Virus record (IMG/VR): IMGVR_UViG_3300021399_000010
Location: 15,215 to 79,214 of that record
Reading direction: 5' to 3' (one strand)
DNA: 64,000 nt
From: a virus
Lineage: Duplodnaviria > Caudoviricetes
Positions 26,631 to 36,400 of the stretch are shown in pieces. The notes below the pieces were generated by a model. That model was not told the DNA's origin. It was given only the letters and a program-made list of their open reading frames with translations, and ran no database searches. A program made the translations under genes and the position numbers. Each line of letters begins with the position of its first letter. The first letter of the stretch is position 1.

Positions 26631-26669
26631 CAAAACTTTAATTTTTGATATCAAAACTTTAATTTTTGA
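26631..26669. repeat. 18-bp direct repeat CAAAACTTTAATTTTTGA x2, period 21 bp
   Basis: Exact copies at 26631-26648 and 26652-26669. Confidence 0.85.
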
Positions 26670-26774
26670 CTTAACAAATGTTAAAGTCTGTAAGCGGCTG
26701 ATTTTCAGTGATTTAGCATCAAAATATTTTTTCAACAAAAATTAGAGCGTTGACTATCTGGAATTTTTGCACAA

Positions 26775-26831
26775 ATATTGATATATTGATATATTGATAT
26801 AGGAATATAGTCATATAGTTAGTTAGTTAGT
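26775..26831. repeat. Short tandem repeats (ATATTGAT)x3 and (TAGT)x4
   Basis: Read at 26775-26798 and 26816-26831. Confidence 0.8.
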
Positions 26832-27591
26832 TTAGCTGTTAGTATATTGTGACTATCTTACATAATATAAACGTATCATATAGTGTAATAAATACACTTA
26901 ATATATTGTTTATGATATGTTATACCTATTTAATAATAGAGTAAAATATTTTGACAAATAATAAGTGTAAAAAGTACACTATTTGCAGATATTTATCTGC
27001 ATTGTTCGTTTGGGAGAAATACAAAATGCTGTTTCGTTACTTTTGCGCGCGCCGCATCAAAAAATAGGGACGGGGTGGGGGTATCGCAGGAGCGGAGTAG
27101 GTTGGTGCATACGTTCCCATTTTCTTTTTTTTATTTTTTTTCTTTTTTCCTTCTAATCTTTTTTTATTTTTTGGTTTTTTTATTTTTTCTTTTGTTTACT
27201 GTGTGTTGATATTGTCTGTTGCAGTTGTTTTTTGTTATTTCTTTGTCCTTGCAATCGTTGTCCAGTCGTGTAGAATTCGTTTTAAGCGCATTTATTTGCG
27301 TTCTGTCGCGTTCAAATTGTTTTTGGGTGTAGTTGGTAGTCTTATGTGCTTTTATGCGCTTAGAAGCGAAATAAACGAGTTTTGTTTGTTTTTGTGTGTT
27401 TTTCTCTCCAGATGTTTTTTATGATTTTGTTTTTTTCTTATATAGTAATACTATAATTAATTATGATGGACTCTTGGTTATGATGTAAACGTAAAATATT
27501 TTAAGTCACAATATACAATCGATATAATATATATAATTTACATAAAAACAAAAAAACGTTAATATATGATTGAGATTAATGATAAAATATA

Positions 27592-27599
27592 TATCTTTG
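27592..27599 (+). promoter_or_regulatory. Bacteroidota -7 box (TATCTTTG) for the rightward operon
   Basis: Exact TAnnTTTG about 60 nt upstream of ATG 27661. Confidence 0.7.
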
Positions 27600-27660
27600 C
27601 AAACTGTAATAAGATATTTACGAAAACATAGTGAGTCAATAAATCAATTAATAATTTATT

Positions 27661-28047
27661 ATGGAAGTCAATGGTAGAGTTATTGCGGTGTTGGAGCCGC
27701 AGACGTTCAAGGGGCGCAACGGTTCTGATTTCACGAAGAACGGATTTGTGATAGAGACCTCTGGTCAGTTTTCCAAGCGTTTGAAGTTTGACGTTTTGAA
27801 CACAGAGATGTGGAACAAGATACTTGTTCGTGAGGGTGCTGATGTCTCTGTGAGTTTTGATGCGGAGAGTCGTGAGTGGAATGGTCGCTGGTACACGACA
27901 TTGATGTGCTGGAGGTGTGTTGTTGTCAACGGTGCGACACCGATTCCCATCGGAGGTTCTATTGCAGACGGAAATGTCGGTGGTCAGAGTGTGTCCCAGC
28001 CGCAGAGTGTGAGCAACAATAGTAGCAACGACGAGATACCGTTTTAG
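27661..28047 (+). CDS. DUF3127-like OB-fold protein with SSB-type acidic tail
   Basis: MEVNGRVIAV...VSVSFDAESREWNGRWYT..CWR; ends NDEIPF. Confidence 0.8.
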   Translation: MEVNGRVIAVLEPQTFKGRNGSDFTKNGFVIETSGQFSKRLKFDVLNTEMWNKILVREGADVSVSFDAESREWNGRWYTTLMCWRCVVVNGATPIPIGGSIADGNVGGQSVSQPQSVSNNSSNDEIPF

Positions 28048-28049
28048 TC

Positions 28050-28385
28050 ATGCGGCTGCGGAAGGGTGATAATGCTTCTCTGTCTCGCATCCGAGAGATG
28101 TTGTGTCTTGGTGTTGACATCGACATCGAGGTTACCAGAGACGGGGTTGAGTTTCGTCTTGAGGATGACGACTCTTTTAAGTTGTCGTACGACACGATGT
28201 CGGATGTTGTTGACTACATCCGTGGTCTTAGGCATTGCGGTGTCGGCGTGTTGCGTGACCGAGTTGTCGACGGACTTACCCCAGAGGAGGCGAACCGCTT
28301 CATATCATCCCTTTCATCCAAGATGGGTTACAACGACCGCGCGTTGACAATAGAGTATCTTGACAACGGAAACATTACGTTATGA
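28050..28385 (+). CDS. Hypothetical protein
   Basis: 111-aa ORF in the operon. Confidence 0.7.
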   Translation: MRLRKGDNASLSRIREMLCLGVDIDIEVTRDGVEFRLEDDDSFKLSYDTMSDVVDYIRGLRHCGVGVLRDRVVDGLTPEEANRFISSLSSKMGYNDRALTIEYLDNGNITL

Positions 28386-28693
28386 ACATGATGACTGTGA
28401 ATAAAAAGTCTGAGATGACGGAGACGGAGAAGTTCTGTTACATTCTTGATGAGATGCGTGACGTGTTCATCCAGAAGAACTCCGACTACGGAAACAGTTT
28501 CGTGGACACCATCCGAGAGTTCGGGTATGTTGTTCCAGTTGCGAGACTGAATGACAAGCTGAATAGACTCAAGAAGATGGTTAAGGGAGACCGCATGAAC
28601 ATCAAGTCTGAGTCCATGCGAGACAATTTCCTCGATATTGCGAACTACTGCGTTCTTGCACTCGTGGCGATGGAGGATGAGGTGGATGAGTAA
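28382..28693 (+). CDS. DUF1599-like (all-alpha NTP pyrophosphohydrolase-like) protein
   Basis: KNSDYGNSF, RLNDKLNRL, ESMRDNFLDIANY. Confidence 0.75.
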   Translation: MNMMTVNKKSEMTETEKFCYILDEMRDVFIQKNSDYGNSFVDTIREFGYVVPVARLNDKLNRLKKMVKGDRMNIKSESMRDNFLDIANYCVLALVAMEDEVDE

Positions 28694-28805
28694 GAAGTGC
28701 GAAATTTGCTCTCTGAGAGGTTTTTCTCCGTCTTGGTGGATTAGTTACCCACAGGGGTGGTGAAATGCGCTTAGAAAGCAAATAAAACGGTTTAAATCGA
28801 ATTAT

Positions 28806-29213
28806 ATGGCAAGTTTCAGTGTTATAGGGTTCATAGAATCCATAAAATATCTCCCAAATAAAGGCGGTTGCTTGGTTTTTGTGACCGAGTTCAAGAAGGG
28901 ATACCGCAAGAGTGACGGAGAGATTGTTGACGACAAGTATCTTTCGTGGAAGTGCATCTACAAGCAGGGTCTTGTCAAGTACATCAACAATCATTTCAAC
29001 CGAGGTATGCTTGTCGAGATAAAGGGAGAGGTTCTTCCATACTCCATTGAGCACGACAAGATAGTAGACGGTTACAGCGTGATAGGTCAGACATTGAACA
29101 TGTGTTCCTTCCCACGTTCGCAGATGCGTTCGGAAGAGAAGATGATAAAGGAGTCGCAGAACACGTTTGACGAGAAACCAGACCTTGAAGGTTACAACAA
29201 GGACGATTTTTGA
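28806..29213 (+). CDS. SSB-like OB-fold protein
   Basis: FSVIGFI start, GMLVEIKGEV strand, acidic tail ending NKDDF. Confidence 0.6.
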   Translation: MASFSVIGFIESIKYLPNKGGCLVFVTEFKKGYRKSDGEIVDDKYLSWKCIYKQGLVKYINNHFNRGMLVEIKGEVLPYSIEHDKIVDGYSVIGQTLNMCSFPRSQMRSEEKMIKESQNTFDEKPDLEGYNKDDF

Positions 29214-29253
29214 TGTTCCATTTCATATAATTTTGTTGTTTTGTTAAATTGTT

Positions 29254-29286
29254 GAAACCCTCTGTCCGTCACGGATGGAGGGTTTC
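29254..29286. terminator. Hairpin terminator between convergent operons
   Basis: GAAACCCTC...GAGGGTTTC with an inner stem; T-rich on the plus side. Confidence 0.7.
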
Positions 29287-29340
29287 TTTGTAGTACGTAT
29301 TAAACAACCAAAACAAAAATAAGACCTACAATTGTGCTGA

Positions 29341-29853
29341 TTATAATTGAACGTTTCCTTTAACCTGTTCCTTTGGAGCGTCTAAGCAGTGAAATTTTAT
29401 CGTACCCATGATGTAGGACTTGTCTCCACGGTCGAGTTTGATGGTTGTTGGCGCGTATGTGTCCAAGACAACGCAATGCACATACTTGTTTCCAACGTAT
29501 TTTGACCGTAGCCAGACATCGGTGTTGGTCATGTAGTCCACAAACTCATCATGGACATCAAGAACATCGAAGTTTGTTTTGTCCTCTGCGTAGTTCTTTC
29601 GGATGATGAACGTGAGTTCGATGTCGGTGTTCTCCCTTATCACAACTGGGTTCTCGTTGGAGTCCTGTGTGGTGATGAGAAAATCCTCCTCTTGCTCGTC
29701 TATCCACTGTTCGGTGTATATATTCACTGGTTTTCCCTTGTTGAGCAGACCCTTTAGTTCAAGGACTGCGACACCGTCGAACATCTCAGTTATGTCTTGG
29801 AATGTCTCACTTTCGGTTTTCTTTGCGTAATATTTGCCACTTGACTTATTCAT
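29341..29853 (-). CDS. Probable distal-tail-like virion protein
   Basis: 170-aa ORF two genes after the tape measure; assignment is positional. Confidence 0.45.
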   Translation of the reverse strand: MNKSSGKYYAKKTESETFQDITEMFDGVAVLELKGLLNKGKPVNIYTEQWIDEQEEDFLITTQDSNENPVVIRENTDIELTFIIRKNYAEDKTNFDVLDVHDEFVDYMTNTDVWLRSKYVGNKYVHCVVLDTYAPTTIKLDRGDKSYIMGTIKFHCLDAPKEQVKGNVQL

Positions 29854-30434
29854 AATTTTAACTTTTTGTTAAACTGTTTTACTTTTGCGAAACAGAACCT
29901 TCCTTCTTCAACAGAGCATTTGTCGCTATACTTGAACACCGTTATGGTGCTGTCGATGTCCGTATCCTCGATGTTGAGTTCGGAGTCGTCGAAGAGATAG
30001 ACCTTGACACTGTTGTACCCATCGCACACAAGACTCACCTTTGAGTGGTTGCTGATGTAGAGTATCGGACATTTCGTCTCTTGTATCACGATGTCCTTGT
30101 CCTTGGTGTGCGACACATGACACACATCCGTCTCCACTACAATTGCATTGTCGTACGGATAGTCCATGTACCATGAGTAGGTGTAGTCTGGAACGTCATC
30201 ACAGTCCTTTAGGACAACTCCGTTCATGTACTCTCCAAAGTTGTTCATAGCATACTCCTTTGTTATCACACCATCAGCCATCTTTGTTGCGACATAGGGG
30301 ATGCTTTGTTGTCTCATTGCGAGTCTCACGAGTTGCAGCTTGTCACCGTGACAAGAACGAATCTCGTCACGGTACTCGCTGCATAGTCCGCTTGTGTAAG
30401 CGTTTTTCAAGAAGTTGAAAAATTCCTTTTCCAT
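29850..30434 (-). CDS. Hypothetical protein after the tape measure
   Basis: 194-aa ORF with beta-rich repetitive C-terminal half. Confidence 0.75.
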   Translation of the reverse strand: MEKEFFNFLKNAYTSGLCSEYRDEIRSCHGDKLQLVRLAMRQQSIPYVATKMADGVITKEYAMNNFGEYMNGVVLKDCDDVPDYTYSWYMDYPYDNAIVVETDVCHVSHTKDKDIVIQETKCPILYISNHSKVSLVCDGYNSVKVYLFDDSELNIEDTDIDSTITVFKYSDKCSVEEGRFCFAKVKQFNKKLKL

Positions 30435-30443
30435 ATTTGTCTT

Positions 30444-33400
30444 CTAACTCAATAGTTCAACGTTGAATGCGCGTCCAGAGGGGTTCAAGACACCCTCAAG
30501 GATTGATTGTATCGACATCTGCACTTGATATGATGCTTGCAACTGCAAGAGTATCTGTCCGATGTTTGCGGTCTGCACATCAAGGTCGAAACCGATGATG
30601 GTGTCACGGATTTGGGTGAGGAGGTCGGTGTGGACATACTGTTGTTGGGTGTTTGCATTCCAGTATGCTTCAAGTGCTCCTGCTTGGTCTTCCGTTATTC
30701 CTTGTATACCTTGTTGCAGTGCGCTGAGATTCTTGTCCACATTACCATCTCCGTACATGATTCCAAGTGCGCCATATAGTCTTGTCAAGTCCTCGTTGAT
30801 TCCCTCTGCTATGGACTTGCTTCCTATCAGGTTGCGGATTTTCTCAAGTTCATTTAATGTTATCGCAGTCCCTCCAGCGCTGTTTGCGTCTGTAATCTGG
30901 TTCACCATGTCCCAGATTGGCTGTAGCCTGTTGGCAACAAGTTTGGATGCGAGCGACTTCATTATCATTGTGTCAATCATGCTGTCAAAACTCTCTCCGA
31001 GAGACTCCATGACATCCTCGCCTTGTCTCCACGCTGACACCCAAGTTGACACAAAATTCTCAGCCGCAGACTTTATGTCACTTCCGAGGAGTGTTGTGGA
31101 TATCTCATCTGTCAAATCCTGCAACTCTCGCTTTGCAGCTGCAACCTCTCCCTCAAGACTGATGATGGCATCCTCATCCCTATGCTTACCTTTTCTTGAC
31201 TTCTCAAGGGCAAGCTGACGTTTGAGTTCTTCAAGTTCAAGTCTCTTGTTCTCTATCGCAGCTTTCCGTGCTGCAATCTCAGCTGATGCCATAGATTTCT
31301 CAATAGTGTGTTGCAGTTCATCATATGCTTGTTTTAACTTTTCGACTCTCCTCTTTGACTTGTCAATCTCCTTCGTGATTTTCTTGTCCTTGTGGTTTGA
31401 GATGAACGAAACAAGACCAACAATGACGGACAATGCGGCTGCTATGGCCAAAAGCCAGGGTTGAGACGATTCAAGTAAAATCATGGCTGCAACAACACCC
31501 ATTATAACGGTTGTCATTATAGAAAATCCTTCACTTATTGCATCGATTGCATCAGCAGTCTCATTGTCACCGCCAGCACGGAACAACTTTGACACGGTGT
31601 CAAACAATTCTTTCACATTGTTCAGTTCGCTGGTGATTCCTTGCAATGAGGACTTTAGGTTCTCTTGCGCCTTCTTCCCTTTACCCTCTGCCTGTGCGAG
31701 TTTGACTTGTGCGTTTGCTCGTTTCTTTACTGCTGCTGCAAGAGCCTCTTGCGCCTTCTTTTGTTCAGCAGGAGTGCCATTTTTTGCAAGTCCTGCTTTT
31801 TGCTGTGCAATTTCCACATTGCGTTCGGCAATAGCAAGTTCATCTTGTGCGTCTTTGACTTCACCAGATGCTTCTGCCATTGCTTTAAGACTCCTTGCCA
31901 CACCGCCAAATGGGTCACGCGTATTCAATTCGTTCTCCGCATCCTCAAGAGACTTTATAAGTGCTTTCATGGACGCTGGGTCTTCTTTAACCTTGTCCTT
32001 CAGACCTTCGAGTTTATCCATGATAAGCTGTATGGCTCTCGTGGAATTGTTTGCCATGTCTTCAAAAGTCATCGTGTACAACTCACTGTTCTTGAAATCC
32101 TCCCAATAAGCCTTTGATGTATCTGCTTTTGTTTGGTTGCCTGATGCTGTTACAAGTTTTAGCGCAATAGGATTCTTGTCCGTAACATCTTTGACTATTT
32201 CTGCAATCTGTAGGTTTATGTTGGCTAATTCCGCAGGGTCATCAGTTGCCTCAAGCCTTAATTGCAATCTAACTATTTCGCTCTTTTGGTCTTCCGTACC
32301 AAACGATTTAACTGCATTTACTTGTTGTTGAACACTGTCTTTGTATATCTTGGTCAACTTGTCTTGTAGGTTGCCATACTTTTCAATAAGACTATTTTTC
32401 CACTTTTCTGTCTCTTCCAAATCCTTTTTGCGTTTTCCGCTAATATCTTCGTATGCTTTCAGTATTGCATCGAACCATTCTTGATTAAACGAGCCAGCAT
32501 CTACTTGCTCTCTAAAAGCGGTTATGTCATCACGAGTAAGACCACGCAACTCATCACCAGTGAATTGTAACGAACTATTCTTTCCTTTAAGGTATTTGTT
32601 CAGATATGTAGAATATCTGTCTGCGTATTCCTTGACTGTATGAGGTAAAGACTCTATATTTATACCCATCATGTCAGCAAACGCATTGCCTAACTCAGGG
32701 TCTGCATCCAACTCAACCGCCAACTCGTACTCGTCTTTCAACTTGTCGAGTTCACTGTTGAGACCCTTGGTAATCTTCGTGAGGTCGTATTTCTTAGCAT
32801 CAACATTAAGAGACTGAATCTTGACCTCCAAGTCCTTAATCTCACTTGGTTTGGCACGGCCAGTTTCTTGGATTCTCTTTAGTTGATTCGACAACATGGT
32901 CATTATTTCAGCAGGATTGGCGACACCTGCGAACTTCTTTGGGTCAAACGCCTCGATACCCCACTTGGCAAAAACCTTGTTGATTTCCTCAACGGTTTTT
33001 TCATAACCGTTAGTCGCAAGGTTGACAGCATCTGCATGGTTCATTCCCTCCTTTGTGAGGTCTTTGTATGTGCTGCGAATCTTGTCTATCAGAGAGAGTT
33101 CCTCCTTTAGGGTCTTCTGGAGTTCAGATTCTTCTTGTCGTCTCGCAGCAGCTGCCGCACGTTCACGTTTTCTTGCGTCAGCTGCGGATTTCTTTGCGTC
33201 TTTCTGTGCTTCTTTTTCATCCTTCTTGCTAATGCCGCCTTTTGCTAACGCCTCGTCCCTCTCTTTCTGTGCCTCATCTCTCTCTTTCTGTGCACGAGTG
33301 AGTTCTTTTTGTTCGTCAGCAGTTAATGACTTTTTTTTGTTGAGCTTGTTTATACGTTTGTTAAGACGGTCGATTTCTCCATCAGCTTTGTCGATTTGTG

Positions 33401-36400
33401 AGTCATACTCCTTCAAGGTGTCGTATAACGACTTGTCTCCTTCTGAACTAATTACGAGAGGTATGAAAATAGACCACTTGTTCGCATTCTTCACCCAGTT
33501 GTTCAATAGGGTGAAAACATCATCTGTTGCGAGATTATGCTCCCTTGCGAATTTATTTGCGGTGGTTTCCGCGAACTCCTTCCACTTTCCCTTAGAGAAG
33601 TCGATTTTTGCGATTTCTTCCGCGTCCATACCACGGAACATCTCTCTCGTCTCGCTTATGTGTTGCTCTTTCAACCACGTTGTATATTCCTCCCAGAGCA
33701 CCTTTCCTCTTCCGTTGTTTTCTGCGAAATGGACGTACTCTTCATTAAGTGCGTTGAGACGTGCTTGGATTTCAATTTTCGCATTTTCGTCCGCAGCCTT
33801 TGCTAATGCGTTCTTTTCATCCTCTATCCTTATGGATAGTGCTTTTTTAGCTGCATTCGCGCGCGCCTCTTCTGTAATCAGTTGGAGTCTGAATGCCTTT
33901 TCTGGACTTATCTGGTTCTGCTCAACAACGTTTCCGATAATCTTAGAGTACGCCTCGTTTATTTTGTCTATATCGCCGCTCCACCCCTTGAGGTTTATAA
34001 AATTGTCAATGGATTCAGTCAGCGCATCAACGTCTTTTTTAAGGGTCTCCAAGTCGTCTTGTTGGTCTTTCCAAAACTCTTTGTCGTACGAGTCTCTAAG
34101 TCCAGATTTATGGTATTCTTGATATTTCTTCAAACTTTCAACATAGTCGTCCAAATTTCCAACAAGACCATCTGCACCTTTCCACAAGTTCCACCACTTC
34201 GACCAGTCTTGCGTTATCTTAATGGTGGTGTCGTCCATCTCCTTTATCGCAGCATTTACCGCGCTAACCTTATCCAGAAGTGCGAATCCCTGTCTCAAAC
34301 GTTCACTTTCATTTTGGATAGACAATAGATGTTGTACAAACTCCTCACTGTTGCGTGAACTTAACTCTATTTGTTCTCTCACATTCTCCCACGCCTTTGA
34401 CGCCTCTGTCGGAGCAATGTCTCCCTTGTCAAGTTCGTTTCGCATCCTAACGTTAACATCCTCGCCAAGGAATTTTGCAAGTTCGTCGTATGTCGTCTTT
34501 GCGGAATCTCGCAAGTTCTTATTAAACTCCTCTGTTGCTTGGTTTGCGTTCCATATCGCAGACGCCAATTCGGCGAACCACATAACTGCCACCATAATCC
34601 ACGTTGTCGGAGATAACAACAGCGCAGCAAGAGACTTACCCATTGTAGTCAAAACCATAGCAAGACGTTTCCCAGCGATACTTGTTAAAGTTAATGAAGC
34701 AGCGAATCTTTGAAGTGGCTTAACGCCCATCTTCAACAATGCGTTCCCAAGCAGCATTATTGCAAATCTAAGACCTACTATTGCGCCGACTTGTTTGAGG
34801 GCGTGGTCTACTTGTTTCCAGTGTAGAAACAACTTTTTCAGCAAATCGATTGAGAAAGATATTAGACCTTGAGTTTCCTTACCCATGTCGTTCAACATGT
34901 TGTTCCACGCAAGAGTAAGATTCGCAAGCCGCACCTTTAAGGTGTCTGCCATCTTTGCTTGGAAGTCAAAGAATTTTCCTCCCTCGTCCGTCATCTTGTA
35001 CATAACAGACATCACAGTGTTGAAGTCGATAGTTTTCTTCTTTATGCGGTCATACACATCAGCGACACTAACCATGCGTCCCTCAAGTTCCGTGTAGTAG
35101 TCAGAAAGCTGTTTGACGAGAGGAATACCTGCGTTGGAAAACATACGCGCGTCGCGTGCATTCAAGTAGCCGTATGCTTTTATCTGTCCGAGTGCATAGG
35201 TGAGACGGTCGATTGGAATACCAACAGCAGCAGCCATATCAGCAAGTCTTCTCGTCGTATCAACAACATCCCTTGCTGCGATGTCGTATGCGGTCAACTG
35301 TTTTGCAGCGGTAGATAACTCAATAAGTGTGTACGGCGAAACCAGAGCCATCTGGGACAATTCGTTGAATATCTGTGTTCCTCTTTCTGCACTATTGATG
35401 AGGATTCCCAATGCACGCTCGTTCATCTCGTATTGAGAGCGTATGTCGATGAGATTCTTGACGAACTGAGTGCTTGCACCAACTGTGAAGTAGAACGCAA
35501 GACGGTTCTTCATATAGTTCCATGAGCGAGCAAGGGCTTTGTTCAGTTCCGTTGCTTGCTTCGTTGTGCTCATATACTTGTTTAGGTCTTTTTGCAGACG
35601 GTTGATTGCTGCATCGACTTGTTTGAGTTCTGCGATTTGTTTCGGGTCGGTAAGGTCAATTCCTCGTTTGTAGGATTGCAGTTGCCGTATCTTGTAGGTA
35701 ATATCATCAAGGGTCTTTTCAGAACCGCTAAGAGCGTCTTTAAGGCTGACTGGACGTTTCATCGTTTGCTGAAACTTATCCATCTCTCTCTCTGCTTGTT
35801 GAATCTCCCTAATTAACACCTTCGCGGCGTCATCGTGAACGCCTTTTGGTAATGCGAGTAATTCCCCTTTAAGCTGTTTCACATAATTCGCAAGGTCTGA
35901 GTAAGACGATTTCGCTTTATTGATTTCGTCAACCCACTTTTCCTGCATCCCAGTTATGGTTTGCAATGCTCTTCTTACGTCACTTACGTGCTCTATTCTT
36001 ATTGACGGTGTTTCGTATTTTTTCTTGGTTTTTGTCTCAACCCATCCAAGTAATTCCGCAGCTTTCTTGTCTTCCTCACTCTGCTGACGAGTTATGGTTA
36101 CACCTCTTTCTCTCTCTTGATTTACTCGTTGTATTGCTTGTTCTATCTGTCCCTCCAGTGTGATACCCATTTGCAAGTTTTCCATGACAGGCATCGCTCT
36201 TCCATCGATGTTTGCTATCCCTCTGTGGAATCCCATTTGGTCTGCGGTTTGCCATTTTGCTCCAGCCCTCACTTCTGCTGCAATCCTCCGTACTTGTTCG
36301 GAATATTCTTTTGCAGCGGCAGTGGACTGTTGTGTGGATGCCGCGACTTGTTGCTGCGTGGAAACCTCTTCTCGCATAATATTCAACACCTTCTCCCGTT

